Source: an uncultured archaeon
GTDB lineage: Archaea; Asgardarchaeota; Thorarchaeia; Thorarchaeales; Thorarchaeaceae
Direction of reading: 5' to 3'
Length of the DNA: 58,051 nt
NCBI GenBank assembly: GCA_964458565.1
Contig: CAYWJO010000018.1
Coordinates: 1-58,051 of the forward strand
Position numbers and translations under genes: made by a program. Below the pieces are notes generated by a model, which was given only the letters and a program-made list of their open reading frames with translations, did not search any database and was not told the origin of the DNA. Shown one piece after another: positions 1 through 9,478 of the stretch (position 1 is its first letter; each line of letters begins with the position of its first letter).

Positions 1-20
1 GGAGCATCTCCCTCAACCAT
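1..20 (-). CDS. Possible 5' end of a gene running off the left edge (MVEGDA...)
   Basis: Minus-strand ATG at 20-18 preceded by RBS-like AGGTG; too short to assign. Confidence 0.35.
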
Positions 21-147
21 GGTTTACACCTGGCTTTATTGAGACAAGACTCCTCAAAAAGCCTTGTGCTACTGTATCGTTTTGAAAAATGGATACTCGG
101 AAAAGCTCAATAGTATGCATTCAAATTACAGGATTGAGCTGAAGTTA

Positions 148-690
148 ATGACTAACTATCTACACGATCTACCTCCGGGTCCGAATCCACCAAGTGAAAT
201 TTATGTAGTAATTGAGATGACCAGAGCGAGTAAGAACAAGTTTGAATATGAACCAGAATTTAACATCTTCAAACTAGACCGCGTGTTGTATACCTTTGCT
301 CCATTTGACTATGGATTTATACCAAGAACTTTGGATGATGATGGAGACCCATTAGATGTAGTCCTGCTAATTGAAGAACCGACCTTCACCTCATGTGTTG
401 TACATGCTCGTCCATTAGGAATCATGGAGATGGATGACGCAGGAAGAGTTGATGACAAAATTATCGCGGTTCCTCTGAATGAACCATATTATCGTGATGT
501 AAAGAGTATCTTGGATTTACCTAGAAGCAGAATTGATGAGTTGACACATTTCTATGCAACCTATAAGATACAAGAGGGTGGTCATACTGAAGTCCGAAAA
601 TTCCGAGAACTAGGAGAAGCATATCAAACAATCAAACGATGCATAACTGAATATTCTATGGCTAATATGAAAGATGAGAAAGCGGACTAG
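148..690 (+). CDS. ppa: Inorganic pyrophosphatase (family I)
   Basis: KNKFEY, LDRVL, DYGFIPRT, DGDPLDV and DDKIIAV motifs; likely start ATG 148 (MTNYLHDL). Confidence 0.95.
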   Translation: MTNYLHDLPPGPNPPSEIYVVIEMTRASKNKFEYEPEFNIFKLDRVLYTFAPFDYGFIPRTLDDDGDPLDVVLLIEEPTFTSCVVHARPLGIMEMDDAGRVDDKIIAVPLNEPYYRDVKSILDLPRSRIDELTHFYATYKIQEGGHTEVRKFRELGEAYQTIKRCITEYSMANMKDEKAD

Positions 691-725
691 ATAGTTTAAT
701 AGAGGACAATTATTCGGTCCATACT

Positions 726-1382
726 ATGAATTCCCCACTCTTATGTCGTGCTGTGATTTTCGATTTTGATGGGACATTGGCAGATAGTATGCCGTTCTTG
801 GAAAAGATTGGTGTCCAAGTTATGATCAAGTATTTTGGAGTGACCAGGGAAGAAGCGACAAAGAGATACAGAACAACAACAGGACTACCCTACGAACATC
901 AGGTAAAAATGAATTTCCCAGATAACGAATATAATGAGCAGGCAATAAAAGAGTTTGAAGAACTCAAAATCGTAAGAATTTTTGAACAAGAGTTGTTTGA
1001 AGACTGCGTTGATGCTCTTGAAACCATTAATAAGAAGGGATTAAAGATCTTTGTTTCATCATCTACATTCCAACCAACGATTGAAGAGTATTTTAAGAAA
1101 CTAAATCTATCACATTTGTTCACAGAGATTGTTGGATATCGACCGGGATTCGAAAAAGGAGCAGACCATTTCAATCATATCAAGGAAAAGCATAATCTTT
1201 CTCTGAATGATGTCGTCTTTGTTGGAGACTCATTGAAAGACTATGAAAGGTCAGTTGGGTTCTGTTCATTTATAGGTATAGAAAGAATGTTCACCCTTCA
1301 GGACTTCAAAAAGGTTGGACACCAAGGGTTTGTTGTAAAATCCCTTTCAGAAATTCCCCCACACCTAACTGCTATTGTGTAA
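726..1382 (+). CDS. HAD-superfamily hydrolase (phosphoglycolate-phosphatase-like)
   Basis: Motif I FDFDGT and motif IV FVGDSLKD. Confidence 0.88.
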   Translation: MNSPLLCRAVIFDFDGTLADSMPFLEKIGVQVMIKYFGVTREEATKRYRTTTGLPYEHQVKMNFPDNEYNEQAIKEFEELKIVRIFEQELFEDCVDALETINKKGLKIFVSSSTFQPTIEEYFKKLNLSHLFTEIVGYRPGFEKGADHFNHIKEKHNLSLNDVVFVGDSLKDYERSVGFCSFIGIERMFTLQDFKKVGHQGFVVKSLSEIPPHLTAIV

Positions 1383-2337
1383 CTTCTGCAGTAACTTTGG
1401 TTTTCATTTCCGGAGCAATATTCATTCGCTCCAGAATTTCAAGGATATGAGGGACATATTGGGGGGGTACAGTAACTAGATTCTCTTTTGGAAGCTCCTC
1501 TAATACTCTAAGTATTTTCTCTAGCGAATTCTTCTTCATTTGCCTGCAGACTGCTTTTTCATAAGCAGGGAGGATTACTTTTTCAGGATGCTTTGCTTGG
1601 AGCTGTTGTACAAGCCCTAGTTCAGTGGCAATAATGAATGTCTTATGTTCAGATTCCTCAACAGTTCGAACCATCATCCCAGTCGAGCCAACTAAATCAG
1701 CAAAATCCTGTACTTCTGGTGAACACTCAGGATGAGCAATAACAATCGCATCAGGGTATTTCTCTTTCAATAATGCGATCTGAGCGACATCGAATTGCCT
1801 ATGAACATAACAATGTCCTCTAGGTTCAATGTCGATAATTTCAACATTCGTCAACCTTCGCACATACTCCGCCAGATTTGCATCAGGCCCAAAAAGTAGC
1901 TGCTTTACACCCAATTTCTTCACAATCTCAACAGCACTACCTGATGTGACAACAATATCCGCCTCTGATTTTGTTTCTGCTGTTGTATTCACATATACAG
2001 CCACAGGGACTCCAGGATGCGCTTCCTTTTGCACTTTTAATTTGTCTGCATTCACAAACGCTGCCAATGGACAGAGTGCATCTGGAGCAGGAATGTACAC
2101 AGGTGTATCTGGTGCCAAAACAGCAGACATCTCTGCCATGAATTTAACACCTGAGAAGATTATTATCTCGTATCCATTAACGTCCGCGGATTTTCGCGCT
2201 AATTGAAGAGAATCACCCACAAAATCAGCAATCTCCTGAATCTCAAGCGGTTGATAATTATGAGCAAGTAAAAGAGCTTTTCGTTCTTTTTTCAATTTGA
2301 GAATCTTCTTTTGTAGTACTGTAAATTCTTTATCCAA
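1372..2337 (-). CDS. nadA: Quinolinate synthase
   Basis: LAHNYQ, VGDSLQL, FMAE, YVNT, CYVH, AHPEC and C-terminal CRQMK Fe-S cysteine motifs. Confidence 0.96.
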   Translation of the reverse strand: MDKEFTVLQKKILKLKKERKALLLAHNYQPLEIQEIADFVGDSLQLARKSADVNGYEIIIFSGVKFMAEMSAVLAPDTPVYIPAPDALCPLAAFVNADKLKVQKEAHPGVPVAVYVNTTAETKSEADIVVTSGSAVEIVKKLGVKQLLFGPDANLAEYVRRLTNVEIIDIEPRGHCYVHRQFDVAQIALLKEKYPDAIVIAHPECSPEVQDFADLVGSTGMMVRTVEESEHKTFIIATELGLVQQLQAKHPEKVILPAYEKAVCRQMKKNSLEKILRVLEELPKENLVTVPPQYVPHILEILERMNIAPEMKTKVTAEVTQ

Positions 2338-2392
2338 TCCTATACACTGTCCAAGCTTGATGTTTCATTAATCCTTTTAACAGAACTTCAAA

Positions 2393-2436
2393 AGGCAAAT
2401 CGTTGTAATCCATTTTAAAAACAGGCAAATGTTGCC
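2393..2436. promoter_or_regulatory. Candidate operator between divergent nadA and NAD kinase-HTH
   Basis: AGGCAAAT repeated at 2393 and 2423; the second copy forms palindrome GGCAA-ATG-TTGCC. Confidence 0.4.
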
Positions 2437-2508
2437 GCTATTCAAAATACGATACGGGTTATTTAAGAGGAGAATGTCACCTTGTAGAAACCTACGTTTC
2501 AACGGAGG

Positions 2509-3588
2509 ATGACAGAAATGAAAGTGGCTTTAATCTCCGGACTCGAATCTACAATGGTTGACGATGCGAGGGAAATTTATGCAATACTTAGCACTTCAGG
2601 TGCTGATATTGAACTAGAAGAGAAATTAGCCAAATCATTGAAGAAGTCTGGTACGTCAATGAAGCGACTGAGTTCAGATGTAATCCTAGTTGTCGGATCC
2701 GATAGAGTACTGCTTGATACATTCCTAAAAAGGGGGCAATCGGATACACCCATATTGCCAATCTCCTCAAAGGGTCAACCAGATTTCTTATTCGATATCA
2801 CCATTCCATCATTCGAGAGCGTCATAAATGACTTAATTGATCGTAAATGGTCAGAAGATAGGAGAATGCGTTTAGAAGCTAACATTGACGGTAGTAAATC
2901 TCCACCTATTTTGAATGATATAGCAATATTCGCTCGGCGTAGCGCGACTCTGATTCGCTATTCACTACATATAGATGGTGAGAGTTTTTGGAAAGATGGA
3001 AGTGATGGTCTGATCATATCAACTCCAACAGGCAGTACAGCTTATTCAATGAGTGTTGGAGGACCTGTAGTATTAAATCCAGCAGAAGTCATATCATTGA
3101 TCCCAGTAAACAGTGTAAATCCAGCTCAGAGACCTATGATTTTGCCTGACAGTATGGAGATAGAAATTAGAGACCTATCAAGTGCAGTAGCGATTGAAGC
3201 AGTCTTTGATGGCCAAATTCGAAAGAAAGTAGATGGTGGACCTGTGTTAATTCGTAGGTCCGAATGTGATGCAATATTTGTGAAATTCTCTGAAGAAAAA
3301 ATTGCTGCCTTGCGAGGGAAGCTTCAAAGAAAAACAGAGGAATTCGAAGACTTGGCTCATGAACTCCCACCAAGTGCCAAACTAGTGTTAAAAGTGCTGG
3401 AATATGAAGATCAACTAACCCAGAAAGAGATTATAGAAGAAACAATGCTACCTCCAAGAACAGTGAGATACGCACTATCATTGTTAATATCAGAGGGTTT
3501 TGTTCAGAAACGAGTATCATTACGAGATAGTAGACAGGGACTCTATCGTGTTACAAAGAAAATGAAGAAGAAATCCCCAAAAACATAA
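2509..3588 (+). CDS. NAD+ kinase-family domain fused to C-terminal winged HTH
   Basis: LNDIAI and DGLIISTPTGSTAYSMSVGGP; GGDG motif altered to GSDR; C-terminal LPPSAKLVLKVLE...LPPRTVRYALSLL...SLRDSRQGLY wHTH. Confidence 0.88.
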   Translation: MTEMKVALISGLESTMVDDAREIYAILSTSGADIELEEKLAKSLKKSGTSMKRLSSDVILVVGSDRVLLDTFLKRGQSDTPILPISSKGQPDFLFDITIPSFESVINDLIDRKWSEDRRMRLEANIDGSKSPPILNDIAIFARRSATLIRYSLHIDGESFWKDGSDGLIISTPTGSTAYSMSVGGPVVLNPAEVISLIPVNSVNPAQRPMILPDSMEIEIRDLSSAVAIEAVFDGQIRKKVDGGPVLIRRSECDAIFVKFSEEKIAALRGKLQRKTEEFEDLAHELPPSAKLVLKVLEYEDQLTQKEIIEETMLPPRTVRYALSLLISEGFVQKRVSLRDSRQGLYRVTKKMKKKSPKT

Positions 3589-3599
3589 TGTGATGACAA

Positions 3600-5747
3600 A
3601 TGACGATTCCAATAAAGAAGCTACCGGGTAAGTATCCTACAAAACTTCAACGCTTGATTGACCAAGAATATGAGACTGTTGAGAGGATGATGCAGGGGAA
3701 GGGGATTGAGGACGAGGAGAAAGATTTCTTTGGGTATTCGAAGGATCTTTTCGCATTTGAAATAGTTCGTGCCAATAATATTGATGCATCCGGATTTGCA
3801 AGAGCTTCTGAAGTACACGCTCTTTTAATGAAGATGTTCAGAGACGTTCTAGAAGAGATTGAAACGAATTCTTTGTTGGAGTGCATGACATTATGCGTTT
3901 ACGGATATGTTTTGAATAATTACATTGATGAAGATGTAAGGTATCTGTATCGATATTCACTAAATCAAGTGAGAGATCACGGTGAATTAGAACGATGGCT
4001 TCGACGCGCTATCACATTCATATCATCAATTGAAGAACAAAGTCCGAAAGACATATTGAATAGAATTAGGCATTGGTTGGGATTTTTCGGAGCACCTCTT
4101 CACAATCCGAAAGGATTCACGGAATTTTCTCAAGAACTAGGCATAGATTTGGATCCAATTCTAGAAGAGGAGAATTTCAAACTTGTCGATACGCTTCGAA
4201 GGCATTCACAATATCTCAATGAAGCTGTGATAGGTAGAAATTATGATGATATCTGGAACGCCACTAAAGATTGGTTGCCTGATGTCCTATCTTCTGAAAT
4301 CCTCAGCATATTTAGAAAACAGGTATACCAAGAGTCTCAGAATAAGATTGACAGTGACTCAACTGTAGAAGAATCTTACAAATCAGTGAAGAAGATATTT
4401 GAGAGAGTTGGGTTCAGAAGTCAGGACCGGACTACGCTACCTGTCAGACTTCAGGAGTTGGAATCACCACCAATTGGAGAAGCCATTGATCCCGTTGTAT
4501 TTGAGATGATTCCCCAGAAACTTCGAAGGGACCTCTTACCTGCAGTAGCTTATTATAGACCTACGAAGACCATTGAGATACATTTTCTTGGGGGACGAAT
4601 AATAGGCCGTAGTGGTATTCTAATTAAGACAGACACAGGAGGTATTCTTCTTGATTATGGCTTGTCAGTAGCAAATCAGAGAATACCTGAGTGGATTCCG
4701 GAATTAGAAATGATAGACACAGTTTTGATATCTCATTCACATCTTGACCATATTGGTGGATTGCCTGTACTCTATGAGAAATATGAGGGAAAGTGGTGTT
4801 CTACATCAGCAACCGGAGTAATAACTAAGGCTTTACTTGATGATGCAATAAAAATTGGTACACCGGCACTACCTAGAAGAAGAGATAGGACTGACTTGAT
4901 TTCAAGATTTAAGCAGGATAATATCGATAAAGTCGCTAAGAATCACGTGAGATTAGAAATTGGTAAGAGCAGTGAGGTAGGCCCTGGAATTGTTGTGACA
5001 CCTATCGATGCAGCTCACATTCCTGGTAGTGTGTCGTATCTAATCGATATTGAGGGAAAGAGGATTCTCTATACTGGAGATTTTAATTTAGATAAATCAG
5101 TACTATTTCCTGGAGCAACTCTACCAACAGATTCGGATGTTGTAATTTTTGATGGAACATATTGGGACAGAGCGGATTTTGATAGAACTAAGGTGTATCA
5201 GCAGATATCAAGTGTGATTGAAAAACATGGACCTGTTATCATTCCTTCCTTTGCGGTTGGCCGAAGTCAAGAGATACTTGTAATGTTAGATGAATTAGGC
5301 ATTACCAGGAATAGGAATGTTATGGTTGCGGGAATGGCTGAGCAAGTTACTAAATTGGTTGGAATATCTGGTAATTGGCAAGGAATGAAGAAAAATAAGG
5401 TGGTATTGGATAAACAAGATGTATTAGTTGCAGGAGGTGGGATGCTAGGAGGCGGACTTGCTAGACACCATTTCAAGGAGCAAAGAGCGAATCCAAAAGC
5501 TGCAATCATTCCATGTGGATACCTAGCACCACGAACACCGGGATGGAATTTAGTTAACGGATATGAACCGCATGATTGTACTGTTTCATATGCACGACTA
5601 AGTGCTCATTCCTCATCCGGAAATCTACAGGAGTATATCAGGTCGTGCAAGGGTAAGAAAGTAATAGTACATACTCCACTGACACAGGCTCCTAAAGGTG
5701 TGATAATGCCAGGTTTTGCTGAGAGATTAATTATCCCTGTCAAATAG
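3600..5747 (+). CDS. Metallo-beta-lactamase/beta-CASP ribonuclease (aCPSF-like) with long unassigned N-terminal domain
   Basis: LLDYG, HSHLDH, AHIPGS, YTGD, PSFAVGRSQE and LSAHSS motifs. Confidence 0.85.
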   Translation: MTIPIKKLPGKYPTKLQRLIDQEYETVERMMQGKGIEDEEKDFFGYSKDLFAFEIVRANNIDASGFARASEVHALLMKMFRDVLEEIETNSLLECMTLCVYGYVLNNYIDEDVRYLYRYSLNQVRDHGELERWLRRAITFISSIEEQSPKDILNRIRHWLGFFGAPLHNPKGFTEFSQELGIDLDPILEEENFKLVDTLRRHSQYLNEAVIGRNYDDIWNATKDWLPDVLSSEILSIFRKQVYQESQNKIDSDSTVEESYKSVKKIFERVGFRSQDRTTLPVRLQELESPPIGEAIDPVVFEMIPQKLRRDLLPAVAYYRPTKTIEIHFLGGRIIGRSGILIKTDTGGILLDYGLSVANQRIPEWIPELEMIDTVLISHSHLDHIGGLPVLYEKYEGKWCSTSATGVITKALLDDAIKIGTPALPRRRDRTDLISRFKQDNIDKVAKNHVRLEIGKSSEVGPGIVVTPIDAAHIPGSVSYLIDIEGKRILYTGDFNLDKSVLFPGATLPTDSDVVIFDGTYWDRADFDRTKVYQQISSVIEKHGPVIIPSFAVGRSQEILVMLDELGITRNRNVMVAGMAEQVTKLVGISGNWQGMKKNKVVLDKQDVLVAGGGMLGGGLARHHFKEQRANPKAAIIPCGYLAPRTPGWNLVNGYEPHDCTVSYARLSAHSSSGNLQEYIRSCKGKKVIVHTPLTQAPKGVIMPGFAERLIIPVK

Positions 5748-5752
5748 TAACC

Positions 5753-7699
5753 CTATGCAACCACTTCAAGCACACCATCAAGGACTAGTTTCTGTGCAAC
5801 AAATCGCATAGCTTGAATACTAATGCTAGGAATCTTTCTAACGACTTCTTCAAGAGAGAGTGTTCCATCACAATAATTCACAAATCGTACGACTGGGTCT
5901 CCATATGCCTTACGTGTATCAGCATCCACCTCTCCTATTTTTTTGAGGTGAATGACAGGTGTAATTTCGACCTTGAAATCTAACCAACCATAACGGTTCA
6001 TGATCTGCAAACAACCAATGACAGACTCCCGGGGTAAATCAAGAGCTCTAACCAACCCACCTACACTCATATTGTTCTCAATAGCCATTTTGACTTCAAC
6101 TATCGCTTTCCCTACATCACGATTAACAAATGGCAACGGTCGGCCAGCTTCCCTTTGACGAATTGTATAGTCTAAACTAACAGGACGTAATGGGAGCTTA
6201 GATAGCACACCAAAGACAGATGGTTCGAAGATACTAGGTTCACCATCCCAATCATCCCAGATATCAGCGAACATTTGTTCCATGTCAACGAGTATAGAGC
6301 TCATTATCTGGCGTTGATGCTCTTCATTACTATCATTAGATACAATCAATGCCAATACAAAATGACTTGTCTTTTCAACAAGTACTAAATTGCCTTCATG
6401 TTCTATTGTTTCTAGTGCATCAGTACTATCGGATGAACCATCCTGTTCTGCATCAATTCCACCAAAGGAGTCAAGTGCAGAAATCAGAGATGTGACAGAA
6501 TTAATGTCAATTGATTCATCTTGATATTGAAGATAGTACGAAACATCGAAGAGCCCAGGTTTTTGAATGATAAGTGCTAGATGAAGTACTTTGGAAATAT
6601 CAACTAGTTCCTTGGATGTATCTAGTGAATCTGCAGTTGGATCTATGTCAGCAAGCGATTCGTATTCCAACTCCGTCGTTGTGCCACCAGGATTTTGAGA
6701 GAACGTAGTTTCACTTGTTGTCGCACTTTCTTCATAAGGCACATCAATGAAACCAGTTTCAGTGATGTCACGGACTTTATCTTGAGCCCTGTCAATATCC
6801 TCAGTTTTTCTACGTACCGTTATCATATCAGATATTGGGATATCAGGCAGCTGAACTCCAACAGATTTAGATGCTACTTCCAACATCAGTCGGATGAACT
6901 CATCACGTCTACTTTTGTCTGTCGCAACCATAGCAAAAGTTGGTGCTCCTAACAATCGTTGGATTTTTTCACCTTTCATAGATTCAGGTAAGTCTTGTTT
7001 ATTAGCTATAATGAATAATGGAACTGCTGGAGCTTCCTTCTTAATATTTCTCAATAACGTTTTTGTCTGCATCACATTTCTAAAACTTGAATCAGTAATC
7101 AGGAAGATTACATCAGTTCCTTGGAAATAGAATGACCAGAGATCTTGGAAAACAGCCTGTCCCGCAAAATCCCAAATCGTCACCAAGAATGTACCAAATT
7201 GAATTGTTTCGCTAGAATCAACTGCTACATTGATAGTTGGCACATATCCACCAGGCGCAGGATCCCTTCCAAAGAGGAGTCTTAACAAAGTACTCTTGCC
7301 AACACCTCCACTTCCTACAAAAGATATTTTGAATCTAGTAAAAATCAATTCACCAAGGATGTCCTGTAGGTTATCTCGGATGTACCCAATACTGTTTCCT
7401 CTAAGTGCTGTAGCGATACGAGAAGCGCCTTCACGGACCTTGGATTTTATGGTTCGGTCTTCATCACGTCCATCAGTGACAAAAAGCAATACCAATTCAT
7501 CACTGATATCGCCATGGAATACCTTATGATTACCAACGAAAACTGGTGTGTCTTTTGCTAAACCCTCTGTATTGTGTAAATCTCTATAACCAGCCAAAAA
7601 TTCAATAACATCTGGATCGAGGAAGTCAATCTTCCAGAAACGAGTTCTTGCCACGATGTTGCCATCATGCGTTTCGATAATCATAACGTTATGAATCAC
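5753..7699 (-). CDS. Multidomain small GTPase: longin-like + Arf/Rab-like GTPase + longin + tandem wHTH
   Basis: G1 GSGGVGKS, G2 PTI, G3 WDFAGQ, G4 NKQD; longin-like LISALDSF...IEHEGNLVLVEK...WDG; two wHTH-like C-terminal repeats. Confidence 0.88.
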   Translation of the reverse strand: MIHNVMIIETHDGNIVARTRFWKIDFLDPDVIEFLAGYRDLHNTEGLAKDTPVFVGNHKVFHGDISDELVLLFVTDGRDEDRTIKSKVREGASRIATALRGNSIGYIRDNLQDILGELIFTRFKISFVGSGGVGKSTLLRLLFGRDPAPGGYVPTINVAVDSSETIQFGTFLVTIWDFAGQAVFQDLWSFYFQGTDVIFLITDSSFRNVMQTKTLLRNIKKEAPAVPLFIIANKQDLPESMKGEKIQRLLGAPTFAMVATDKSRRDEFIRLMLEVASKSVGVQLPDIPISDMITVRRKTEDIDRAQDKVRDITETGFIDVPYEESATTSETTFSQNPGGTTTELEYESLADIDPTADSLDTSKELVDISKVLHLALIIQKPGLFDVSYYLQYQDESIDINSVTSLISALDSFGGIDAEQDGSSDSTDALETIEHEGNLVLVEKTSHFVLALIVSNDSNEEHQRQIMSSILVDMEQMFADIWDDWDGEPSIFEPSVFGVLSKLPLRPVSLDYTIRQREAGRPLPFVNRDVGKAIVEVKMAIENNMSVGGLVRALDLPRESVIGCLQIMNRYGWLDFKVEITPVIHLKKIGEVDADTRKAYGDPVVRFVNYCDGTLSLEEVVRKIPSISIQAMRFVAQKLVLDGVLEVVA

Positions 7700-7789
7700 T
7701 AATTGTCACACTCAAATTTGGACTGAGTTCTATTTCTCAATGTATATTCGCTGTTACAAATCTGCTAAGAAGGTTGTGCTGATGAACTA

Positions 7790-9430
7790 TTACTCACGAA
7801 TACTAATTATATTTTGTCTTAGGAGTTCAGTTAATACCATGATAACGACGGAAAGATCGATACTTGCTTTATATGCAATCTGGTCAATTGATTGATTTCC
7901 ATCTATTAATTCAAAAAGTTCATCCAATCCGGAATATATTCGCTTTAATTCATTAGTGAGTTCACGCAATCGAATTGGTATGTCATTCTTTTCCAGTACA
8001 AGAGATACGGTAATATATCCGAGAAGTTCAAGCAGATGAAGCGCACCTAGCAACAATCCTGACGATTCACCTTCAATTAAATTATCCAGTCGCGTTTTCT
8101 CTTCGATGGTATTCCATACGGTATGCATGAATTCTCTCACAAGAGGAATTGAGAAACGTGCCCATTCAGGTTCACTTTGTTTTATGGGAGTATAGTGCTT
8201 TGGCCAAAATTTAGGAGGAAAGGTTGCTAGGAGTTTCAATGTGAATGCAGGAGAGTTATAGAGGTCTTCTGAGTCCATCAATTGATTTGGAGGATCCTCT
8301 AAATATAGTGCAGGTAATGAACCAAATTTTTCCCTTATTTGTTCAATATCTTCATCAGTTCCTGTGACCATGGTAAAAAGAAGATTCTCTTTTTCGATCA
8401 CGGCATATTTCAGCTCACCAGTTTGAACAACTGAAGTTTCGTCTGATCCTAAAGGCTCAATTTTGAACATTGAGATAGCAGCTAACAGATTTGGAGCTCT
8501 TTCTAGAATTTTGGATTTCTCATGGTAATAGAATGAATATCTAGGTTCACCAAGATATTTATCGATAACAAAGAACGCTTGTAATCCGGAGGAGGAACTT
8601 TCAATAGACGTAGGAGTTTTAGATAGTCCATCAATCTTTAATCTCTTTTCTGCTAGTTCAGGATGCATATCGATGTGTCCTGTGACTGCTAAAATAGAGA
8701 GAGTGAGGTATGATGGTGAAACTTCAACAGAATCACACAATATCAAATCATAATTCATTTCATACTCTCTAGCTAGCTCTAAATCTTCATCAGTTTCAGG
8801 CAGAACAACAATCATTGAGATAGAATTCTTCCTCAGGAATTCAATTGCTTGTATTAGTAAATTTGATGCAATTTCGGAGGAAATCACCATTACCACAATA
8901 TCTGATGATTTCAAAACATCCTCTGCATGTGAAATATCAGAATACGGGGCTCTGATGAAAAATGTTGAATATGGCCCAACATTGAAAGCATCAAGATTAT
9001 CGCACAATCTGTTTATTGATTTTATAGATTGCAGTGATTTGGAGGTATAGATGAAACAGATTTTTCTCCTCTTGCGTAATTCACGTTCGACAAGATGTGT
9101 AAATAGCTCACGTGCAGGGCGTTGCCCCATTTTTTCGACTCTTTCGCGATAGGTACTTGCTAAATTATTTGCAAGTTGTTTATTCTCCTCAAGATACCCA
9201 TCCTCTGGATAACACACCAAAATAACGAATTCCTCAACACGACAAATGAGAACGCTTTCTTGATTGTGTTCAATCTCAATACATGAATCGGATATGGCAT
9301 CGCCCAATGTTTCAAAGAAGGCATTAGCTATATTCTCTAAATCAGTATCATCGGTGGGCTCCACATGGAAAGAGTGAGAAACCAGTGTTTTGTAACTTCT
9401 GATATCGTAGAGAACTGCCTGTCGTATCAC
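7790..9430 (-). CDS. Paralog of the downstream GTPase with degenerate G-domain (pseudo-GTPase) + longin + tandem wHTH
   Basis: Colinear similarity (KICFI~KISFV, KSSDIVVMVI~QGTDVIFLIT, LLAAISMF~LISALDSF, IDGNQSIDQI~CDGTLSLEEV); no P-loop or NKxD; likely GTG start 9430 after GAGG. Confidence 0.72.
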   Translation of the reverse strand: MIRQAVLYDIRSYKTLVSHSFHVEPTDDTDLENIANAFFETLGDAISDSCIEIEHNQESVLICRVEEFVILVCYPEDGYLEENKQLANNLASTYRERVEKMGQRPARELFTHLVERELRKRRKICFIYTSKSLQSIKSINRLCDNLDAFNVGPYSTFFIRAPYSDISHAEDVLKSSDIVVMVISSEIASNLLIQAIEFLRKNSISMIVVLPETDEDLELAREYEMNYDLILCDSVEVSPSYLTLSILAVTGHIDMHPELAEKRLKIDGLSKTPTSIESSSSGLQAFFVIDKYLGEPRYSFYYHEKSKILERAPNLLAAISMFKIEPLGSDETSVVQTGELKYAVIEKENLLFTMVTGTDEDIEQIREKFGSLPALYLEDPPNQLMDSEDLYNSPAFTLKLLATFPPKFWPKHYTPIKQSEPEWARFSIPLVREFMHTVWNTIEEKTRLDNLIEGESSGLLLGALHLLELLGYITVSLVLEKNDIPIRLRELTNELKRIYSGLDELFELIDGNQSIDQIAYKASIDLSVVIMVLTELLRQNIISIRE

Positions 9431-9478
9431 GTACTCAACCTCAGATTGAATCCTACAGTTGAAACCCACATTGCTAAA

